32,000 nt of DNA from an uncultured Opitutales bacterium (GTDB taxonomy: Bacteria > Verrucomicrobiota > Verrucomicrobiia > Opitutales > Intestinicryptomonadaceae). The stretch covers positions 1 to 32,000 of the forward strand of contig CAKTSY010000002.1 in NCBI GenBank assembly GCA_934613415.1, written 5' to 3'. The notes beneath the pieces were generated by a model, which worked only from the letters and a program-made list of their open reading frames with translations, had not been told where the DNA came from and searched no databases. The number at the start of each line of letters is the position of its first letter. Within the stretch, counting starts at the first letter, position 1. The position numbers and the translations under genes were made by a program. Below, piece after piece: positions 1-7,500 of the stretch.

Positions 1-471
1 TCCCGAATGGGGTTTGCGCCTCTCTGCGTTATGGAGGGGCTAGAGCTGATGTTGATGCCACTGAGCTGAATTTGCTTGTGCGTTGGAGTTTGCCTTTTTT
101 ACTGCTTTGCAGCACGTTGCAACATCGCTTCCAAGCGAGCGGCTTAGTCCTTATTGTGGATTTTATCCCCACACTCCCTCGCTAGCTAGAATATTGTGTG
201 CTTTGAAATAAAAACACCGAAAATCCCTCGGCGGTGCTTCTTCCCATTTTTTGCGTGATAAAGCTATCCAATACCCCCAACTATTCTTGTCCTTTCAATA
301 TTATAATCTATCTCTGTTGAAAAAAATACTTCGTTTCTTTACAAGACATACCGCGCATATATGAACTTCGCCCCCAGAAAATGGGATAATAAATAAGCCC
401 AAAAGTTTATCAAAAGCTACCCTTTGCTTTTTTTGTAAAAAGGAAAGATATCTCCCATAACACACACACAA

Positions 472-497
472 CGCCACCAAACTCTTGGCGGCGTTTT
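472..497 (-). terminator. Hairpin plus U-rich tail downstream of the minus-strand glycan/surface operon; possibly bidirectional
   Basis: The stem is cgccaccaa / loop actc / ttggcggcg, 9 bp with one mismatch. On the minus strand it lies ~36 nt after the stop at 529 and is followed by TTGTGTGTGTGTT. On the plus strand it is followed by TTTTG. Confidence 0.4.
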
Positions 498-528
498 GTC
501 ATATCAATAAGTATACTTATCTAAAACT

Positions 529-1015
529 TTATTCGACACCTTCTATCTCTTCATATACTAGCTCTTGAACATAATACTTCTTCCCCTTATAGGTGTAATA
601 CGGGTGTGCATATAAAAACAATCCGTCGTAGTTGCTAGCCAGCTCCAAATATTTGTTTATATCAAAATCTATAAACTGGTCGGAATTTGCGGTCATAAGG
701 GGGCTGTCGTTGTCGATTAGGGGTTCAGCTTTCAATACGGTACAAACTTGTCCTTCTGTAATGCCGTCTATGCCTATAATTTCAACGTCGTCGTCTAATC
801 TTTGCAAAAGTTCTTTTAGGCCATATTTTTTAATATGCTCGTTTTGGCATATGAAAATAAATTTATGCGGCCATTTGCGGTTTTAAGTTGTTAACAACAA
901 CCTCTATCATAGGTTTTCCGCAAACGTCTATAAGCGGTTTCGGCAAATCGTATCCTGCCTTTGAAAATCGGCTCCCCAAGCCAGCCATTGGTATGACAAT
1001 ATTTAATTTATTCAT
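529..1015 (-). pseudogene. Sugar-phosphate nucleotidyltransferase, frameshifted and apparently 3'-truncated
   Basis: The minus-strand ATG at 1015 opens MNKLNIVIPMAGLGSRFSKAGYDLPKPLIDVCGKPMIEVVVNNLKPQMAA*, with the stop at 863-865. This is the N-terminal G-x-G-x-R nucleotide-binding loop of sugar nucleotidyltransferases. The family-like sequence continues in the +1 frame (..KWPHKFIFICQNEHIKKYGLKELLQRLDDDVEIIGIDGITEGQVCTVL..MTANSDQF..AHPYYTY..) down to the stop at 529. The two frames can only be joined within about 866-885. The combined length of ~155 aa is shorter than the ~230-250 aa I remember for this family. The start overlaps the upstream stop by 8 nt (ATGAATAA). Confidence 0.7.
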
Positions 1016-2750
1016 ACTGTTCCTTTATTTTCTGGTATATTGATTTTTTGTTTTTGCACTTTGCGTAGTTTAGTTTGTGCACAAAAGATTTTTTTGTTAT
1101 TTCCTCCCAAAGCGGTTGGGAGAAATCTTTGTTTATATTTTTAAGCAAAAGATGGGGTATTGTGTCGTCGCAAATTTCGCAATTTAAGCTGCGAAAATAT
1201 TTATATTCGAGCATTACATCGAGCAATATATGGAGTATAAAATAGTGAGGGATTGACGGCTCGTTTTTTATATATTCGGTTAACAATTTTAACAATGCGC
1301 CTATTAACGGATTTTGTTTTTTTACAACAATAAAGCTGCTTAAGCTATTTACTCTGTTGTTGGGGTCCCACGAAAAATATTTGGGGTTAAACATTTCCCA
1401 TTCTTTATGGCAGGTTGGGCGCGCCCCTCTTTGAAACATAAAAAACGGCGCATCTTTAATGTTGTTTGGAATGTCGGACGAAAAGTAGCAGGTGGCATCT
1501 GCCCAAACCCCGCCATATGTATACAATAAATACAAGCGCAAAATATCCGAGAACAATGCCATCTTTGCGGGTTTTGCATTTAATGTTTTGTCGTATATAT
1601 AATCGGGGATATCCACATATTTAGATATTGTGTTTTTGTCTATAACTATGTGCTTTAGGGTTCCTTTATGGGTATCTGCCGATTTAAACGATATTTTCAC
1701 TACATCGCTTGAAATGTTCTCTTGCCCCTGATACCAAAATTGCCATAGCGAGCTGTTGTCGGCAATATCCGCCTTTTTTGGCAATGTTTGCAGTTCGGGA
1801 ATTTCGCCCTTTAAATAGGGCTCAACATAGTTTTTGCGCAGCTGCTCGGCCAATATATTTTGCTTTGAAAAATCGTTTTGTAAATTGCTTAGGCAAAATG
1901 TGCGCAGCCTTTTCCGTAGGGGTTTATAAGGAATTATAGAAGAAAGCCCCTTTAGTGCATATAAAAACGGAATGTGTGCATTAAGCTTTTTTAAGACAGA
2001 GCATAATTTATTGTATGCAGAAAAAGAGTGGTAATAAATGTCTTGTATGGTAGAAGTGGCAAATAAACTTTTTGTTTTTATTCGGTTCTTATTTCTGCCT
2101 GCAATTGTAGATTCAAATTCAGATTCGCTATATATATATGAATATGGGCGCAGCCCCAGCCTTTTAACTTTTGTATGCCAGTAAAAATCCGAATCGCTGT
2201 CTACCGGGCGGCCAAACGGTATGCAATTTTTTAAAAGTGTTTTTGCCGCATTGTACGAAACTGCATCTATTGGCGTTTCGCCCGAAAATCTTTTGTATTC
2301 GACAAACTCAAAACTGTTGCATGTGCGTATGGTTTTTGCTTTGTCTAGCCTGCCAGATTTTCTGTAGCCAAGCTGCAGGTAGCCGAAATCGCCATTATAG
2401 TTTTTTAAAAAATCTATTACTTTGCAAAGGTTGGCGTTTGGAATGGCATCGTCCTCTATAGTTATTGCAAAATCCAGGCGGTCTTCCACAATCTTTTGCC
2501 AGCAGTATATATGGCTAATGTAGCAGGCAATTTCCGCCTTCGACATATACCTTGTCATTAAGCGTTTGTTTAGTTGCTTAGAATAGTATTTGTTTATTTC
2601 GCTTTCCGAAAGATTTTGTGCATCGGCTGCCTCTATTCGCTCGAAGGATATATTTAAGCCAGACAGTATTTTTGAAATATTTGCCAACCTATCTGTAGCG
2701 CGGCGTAAATTTATAACAAAAACTTTATATCTTGTCCCAAGTCTGTCCAT
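1008..2750 (-). CDS. Two-domain glycosyltransferase: N-terminal GT25 fused to a C-terminal GT32-like / capsular-polysaccharide-synthesis (DXD sugar-binding) domain
   Basis: 580-aa ORF. The N-terminal ~250 aa carry GT25 hallmarks: YKVFVINLRRATDR, EIACYISHIYCWQKIV and ITIEDDA. The C-terminal ~250 aa carry WQFWYQG and ALFSDILRLYLLYTYGGVWADATCY, typical of the GT32/Caps_synth sugar-binding region. Confidence 0.8.
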   Translation of the reverse strand: MDRLGTRYKVFVINLRRATDRLANISKILSGLNISFERIEAADAQNLSESEINKYYSKQLNKRLMTRYMSKAEIACYISHIYCWQKIVEDRLDFAITIEDDAIPNANLCKVIDFLKNYNGDFGYLQLGYRKSGRLDKAKTIRTCNSFEFVEYKRFSGETPIDAVSYNAAKTLLKNCIPFGRPVDSDSDFYWHTKVKRLGLRPYSYIYSESEFESTIAGRNKNRIKTKSLFATSTIQDIYYHSFSAYNKLCSVLKKLNAHIPFLYALKGLSSIIPYKPLRKRLRTFCLSNLQNDFSKQNILAEQLRKNYVEPYLKGEIPELQTLPKKADIADNSSLWQFWYQGQENISSDVVKISFKSADTHKGTLKHIVIDKNTISKYVDIPDYIYDKTLNAKPAKMALFSDILRLYLLYTYGGVWADATCYFSSDIPNNIKDAPFFMFQRGARPTCHKEWEMFNPKYFSWDPNNRVNSLSSFIVVKKQNPLIGALLKLLTEYIKNEPSIPHYFILHILLDVMLEYKYFRSLNCEICDDTIPHLLLKNINKDFSQPLWEEITKKSFVHKLNYAKCKNKKSIYQKIKEQYE

Positions 2751-2848
2751 ATTTGCAGAAAAATCTATTCTTAAAATTAAAATACCACTGTGTATATTGT
2801 CGTAAGGTAAAAACCGTCCAAAGGGCGAATGCGCTGCAGAATGTGTCT

Positions 2849-3751
2849 TTAAAGTGTTTCATTTGTGTTGATTGGCAGTTTTACCCAGCTTGCGGGTACA
2901 ATGTCGCCATAGTCTATGTTTGCAAATTTTGTGAACCACTGGTTGGGGGCTATAACTGTTTTGTTGGGGTTGCGGTTTAGCCACGCGCACCACCAGCTAA
3001 AAGACGAATTAGAAATAATTTGATGCTTGCAGTTTGCCATTAAAAAGAAATCTTCAATTGCGCTGTTCGATTTTATCAACTTTGTTTGGTTGGATAATTC
3101 GAAGTTTTCGGCAACCCATTTGATGTCGTCGGATGCAATAAAAAATTTTAGGCCGCTATGGCGTTCGCGCAAATATGCAATGGCGCGCAGGTAGTATGGC
3201 AATGTGCAAACATAAAGGCGTTTTTTGTATTTAGGGTTTTTTATGTAGTCGCCGCGCCTTATGTGAATTGCAACCGAATTTGTGCTGCAAATTTCATCAA
3301 ACTGCGGGTGCTTTTGCAAAAGTTGCTCGTCGCGAAACGCAAAATCGGCTTTTACTGCGCCGGCAAAGTCGGCGAAATATTTTTCGCTTTGCCAGTAGCC
3401 GTCGTAATATGCCGAAGTTTTGTTGTTTGCAATGCTTGGCGTGTAGGCAAAAGTTTTTTCTAAAATATGCGTTGGCGCATATTTAAATGGAATTTTTAAC
3501 GCCTTCCAAAGCTTTTTTCTGAACGCAAAATTAGGCGTAATTAGGCCTTTTAAAATGTCGCTTGTTGCAAAATTCGGGGTAAGCAAAAAATTGTCTAGCG
3601 CATAGCCGCGGTTTTTCTTGGGGTTAAGTGCCGACAAATCTAAAAACAAATTCGACCCGTTCCTAAGCGAAAGCGCCCTGCCAAAGGCATATTGAAACAT
3701 TTGGTTGCCAAGGCCGCCCTGCAAGCGAATTACTGTGTATGTGTGCGCCAT
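2849..3751 (-). CDS. GT11 alpha-1,2-fucosyltransferase
   Basis: 300-aa ORF with the GT11 motifs VIRLQGGLGNQMFQYAFGRAL, HIRRGDY and SNSSFSWWCAWLN, as in FutC/WbgL-type enzymes. Its ATG shares nt 3751 with the upstream stop (TAATG). Confidence 0.9.
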   Translation of the reverse strand: MAHTYTVIRLQGGLGNQMFQYAFGRALSLRNGSNLFLDLSALNPKKNRGYALDNFLLTPNFATSDILKGLITPNFAFRKKLWKALKIPFKYAPTHILEKTFAYTPSIANNKTSAYYDGYWQSEKYFADFAGAVKADFAFRDEQLLQKHPQFDEICSTNSVAIHIRRGDYIKNPKYKKRLYVCTLPYYLRAIAYLRERHSGLKFFIASDDIKWVAENFELSNQTKLIKSNSAIEDFFLMANCKHQIISNSSFSWWCAWLNRNPNKTVIAPNQWFTKFANIDYGDIVPASWVKLPINTNETL

Positions 3752-4557
3752 TATTTTTTATTTAAATGTTTTGCGCGCAAAAGCATGTATTTTATTTTAT
3801 ATATTACGCGCGCAAAGGGGGTGTGATAATTTGCTTTTTTGTGCCCTATGTCGGATTCAATATCTCTTACTTTGCATAAGAAGGGGCATAACCCGTCTAT
3901 TGCAAGCGAAGTTTCCCAAGTATATTGCAAGTCTACATCTATGGGGCGGAAGAATCGCGAACGCTTCGCCAAAATTTCTTTTGCGCCTTCTTTTGTTATG
4001 GCATAGGCCTGCATTCCCATTGGCGGCTTGTTCCACTTTACCAATTCAAAAACAAATGGGGCCATAATTTGTTTTTCGCTTTTGGCTATGTTTTGGTTTT
4101 CAAACTTTTCGGTTGTGCAAGTTGCGGGGATTTCTACAGCAAAAGGCGTTCGCGAAAGTGCCTTTTTTGCCTTAAAGGGTGCCATTAACTTTATATAGTT
4201 CCATTTATGCTTTATTGCATTCAATGCAAAGGGAACCGCGTAGAAAAGGGGGTTTAATTCGATGTCGTCTTCCAAAACAATGCCGTAGTCGAGGTTTAAG
4301 TCTACAATTTTTTGGCACACTTTTAGGTGGCTAATGTAGCAGGCAATTTCGCCGCAGCTTAACCCAACAAAATAGTGTTTTTTGTTTAAAATAGCCGAAT
4401 AATAACTGCTTAAAAAAGCGTCCGAACAACTTTTGCCATCGGTTGCCGCAGAGCGTTCGTATGGCATGCCAAGCTTTTCAAGCTGCGCGTGCATATTCGC
4501 CCAACGGTCTACAGACCTGTCGAGATTTATAACAAACACCTTGTAGCTTTTTTGCAT
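3751..4557 (-). CDS. GT25 family glycosyltransferase (LgtB/Lic2B/LpsA-like)
   Basis: 268-aa ORF with YKVFVINLDRSVDRW, EIACYISHLKVCQKIV and IVLEDDI. It starts 18 nt after the stop of the giant ORF. Confidence 0.85.
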   Translation of the reverse strand: MQKSYKVFVINLDRSVDRWANMHAQLEKLGMPYERSAATDGKSCSDAFLSSYYSAILNKKHYFVGLSCGEIACYISHLKVCQKIVDLNLDYGIVLEDDIELNPLFYAVPFALNAIKHKWNYIKLMAPFKAKKALSRTPFAVEIPATCTTEKFENQNIAKSEKQIMAPFVFELVKWNKPPMGMQAYAITKEGAKEILAKRSRFFRPIDVDLQYTWETSLAIDGLCPFLCKVRDIESDIGHKKANYHTPFARVIYKIKYMLLRAKHLNKK

Positions 4558-4575
4558 AGAGATTTTTTAGAATTG

Positions 4576-7500
4576 TTATTTTCTACGCCTGAAAACTGCC
4601 AAGCCCAACGCCAGCGCGCCGAATATTGCAGCATAGGTTGCGGGCTCTGGGACCTGCGTTATAATTAAGCTGAATGTGTTTTCGTTTTTAACACAGCTCC
4701 AAGCGCCATCAAAGCTTTCGCCCAAAACAGTAAGCGATACGCATTCTTCTGGAATGTCTATAATAGAGCCGTCTTCAAACGAAATTAAGTCGAACTTATA
4801 TTCAACATTTTCTAAAAGCTCTTCGGTTATGTTTACGGTAAGCTTGCCGTCTATAACCAAACTTGCCAAAGATTCTACAAAAATCTGCGTCGGGTCGCTA
4901 GCTGAGGTGTCTATAACAAGCTCGCCGTTGCTTGCAATAGTAAGCGTCTTTTTATTTACTACGTCTAAGCGCGCGCCTGTGTCTAACTTAAGGGTTGCCC
5001 CGCCATAAACTGTTGCATCGCTTTCCGAAATTTTTGCGCTAATCATAGTTGTGTTAGCTAGATTAGGCGAGGGCGTGTATTTGCGAATTGTAAGGTTAGC
5101 GGCACTAGACGCCATTTCAAAGTTTTTAATAACGCCGTCGTCAAGTATGGTATTCTTGTAAATTGGCGTGCCGTCAATATCTGTAAGCGTTGCACCGCGC
5201 ATATCGGCATTCGTTAAATCTGTGCTGTCTAACACCGCGTAGGTAAGGTCCGAATTTTGGAGATTTTGATTTGCAAAGTTCCAACCCGAAAAATCGTTAT
5301 CGGAAAGATTTGTATTCGATAAATCGTGGTTTTTGTAGCTTGCAGTTGTATATAATTGTTTGCGCTCAAATGCGCTATATGTTGCCGCTGTAAAGTTTGC
5401 TCCGTTGATTTTCGCGTCGGTAAAATTGGTGTTAAGCAAATTCATATCAACAAAGCTCCAACCGTTTAGGTCGTTGTTCGAAAAGTTTATGCTGGCAAGC
5501 TTATCGTTTTTATAGGTTGCCGTTTTTTGGAACTGTTCGAATGTTAGCCCGTTTTGTGTAGTGCCCGAAAGGTTTGCATTTGCAAAGTCGGCATCGGAAA
5601 TATCTGCATTTTCAAAGCCTGCATTTGAAAGGTCTTTGTTTGCAAAGTTCCAGCCACTTAAGTTGTTGTTGGCTAGGTTCGTGTTTTGCAGAGAGCCTTC
5701 TAGGTAGCTTTTTGTTGAATAGAATTGTTCCTGTGTAAGGCCGTTTGCAACTGTGTAGGACAAGTTTGCTCCATCAATTTCGGCATCGGTTAAAACGGTT
5801 CCTGCAAGAATTGCATTTGAGAAATTCTGGTCTTTTAAATTCGCGCCAGCGAGATTAACGTTGGTAAAGTTTGTTTCCGAAAAGTTCTTGTCTAGATAGC
5901 TTTTGGTAGAATAGAGCTGGTCGAATTCGAATGCCGTTCCGGTAAGATTTGCTCCCGTTATGTTGGTGTTTGTCATTACGGTGTTTGCTGCTTTAATGTA
6001 GCTTAAATTTTTGCCCGAAAAATCCCAGCCGGAAATATCGTTGTTCGAAAAATCTATGTTCGAAAGGTCGCCGTCTTTATAGTTTTTGGTGCTGTAGAAT
6101 TGCTCTTTTGTAAGCCCGCGCGTCGTTGTGTTAGATAGGTTAGCTGCAGTTATATCGAGGTTGTCGAGTGTGGCATTGTTGAATGCGGTGCCAGAAAGGT
6201 TTTGCCCCGCAAAATTCCAATTGCTCAGGTTGTTTTCAGAGAAGTTGATGCCCGAAAGATTTTTGTCGGCATAGCTTTTTGTCGATTGCAATTGTTCTTC
6301 TGTAAAGCCGTTCGATGTTGCGCGCGTAAAGTTGGCGTTTGTTATTGTTGCGTTGTCGAACTTGGCGCGGGCTACGCTTGTGTCTACAAAACTGGCCCCC
6401 ATAAGGTTTTGGTCGGTAAAAGTAAAGCGGCGCATATTATTGCCGTCGAACTTCACCCCCGAAAGGTCTTTGTCGGCAAAGCTTTTTGTGGAGGTAATTT
6501 GTGCCGCCGTTATGTGGGAATAGCTTAAGTCTGCGTTGGTAATTATAGCGTTGCCGAAGGTCGCATTAACTACGTTGGCATTGGCCAGGCTTGTGCCCAT
6601 TAAATTTGCATTTGTAAATTTTACGTCGGTAAGAGTGCTGTTTTCAAGTTTTGTATTTGTTAAATCGGCATCGGTAAAATCCCAATTGGCCGCCGCAAAA
6701 TCGTTGTTAGAAAGGTTTATGTTTGTTAGCTTGTTCTTTGCCGTTTCCAACTGTGCCCTTGTCAAACCCTTTGTGGCGGTGTTCGAAAAGTTGGCGTTTG
6801 TTGTGTCTGCATTTGCAAAGCTTGTGTTTGCAAAAGTTGCATTTGTAAAGTCGCCATTGCTAAGTTTTGTGTTTTCAAGATTTGCGTTTGAAAAATCTGT
6901 ATCGGCAAAATTGGCGTTGGTTGCATCTGTTCCTACAAGGCTTGCGTTGGCAAGGCTTGCTTTGTTTATGCTTGCCCCCGTAAGGGTGCTATTTTCAATT
7001 TTAGCTCCGTTAAAATCAAGTTCGGTAAGAATCCAATTCGCAAAATCGTTGTTAGAAAGGTTTGCTCCTTTTATTGAAGAAGCCGTGCGCAATTGGATTT
7101 CGGCGAGCCCGTTTTTCGTAGTGCCTGCCAAATTAGCATTGGTGAGATTTGCGCGAACAAACACCGTATTTTTCAATGTTGCGTTCGAAAAATCTGCGCC
7201 AGTTAAATTTGTGTTTTCTAGGTTTGTATTTGCCAAATCAAGAGAGGACAAATCCCAACCAGAGAAATCGTTATTAGAAAAGTTTGTTCCGTCTACGCTT
7301 TCGGCTTCGCGCAACTGGCTTTGTGTAAATCCGTTTTGCGTTGCACCTGTAAAATTGGCGTGTACAAGATACGCATTTGCAAACGATGTATTTTTTAATG
7401 TTGCATTTGTAAGGTCTGCCCCTGCCAAGTTTGTATTGGCTAAGCTTGTGTTTGTTAAATCAAGAGAGGATAAATCCCAACCAGAGAAATCGTTATTAGA

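Noticed and set aside
1-200. On the minus strand, this region resembles known structured RNAs. GGCAAACTCCAACGCACAAGCAAAT resembles the RNase P 'GGTAAACTCCACC.GGAGCAAGGCCAAAT' region. AGCTCAGTGG is tRNA D-loop-like. CCCCATTCGG is 5S-like.
   Set aside because: The near-invariant RNase P P4 sequence GAGGAAAGTCC is absent, and the spacing between candidate elements is far too short. No tRNA cloverleaf (anticodon or T arm) can be drawn. The 5S similarity is limited to a few bases at the window edge. I left it as unassigned non-coding DNA.
1008-4557. The GT25 and other glycosyltransferase genes might undergo simple-sequence-repeat phase variation, as in Haemophilus lic2A or Neisseria lgt.
   Set aside because: I found only short homopolymers (A/T runs of 6-7, e.g. 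~1091-1097 and ATGCAAAAAAGC at the GT25 start). There are no tetranucleotide repeats and no long G/C tracts, so there is not enough to claim slipped-strand switching.
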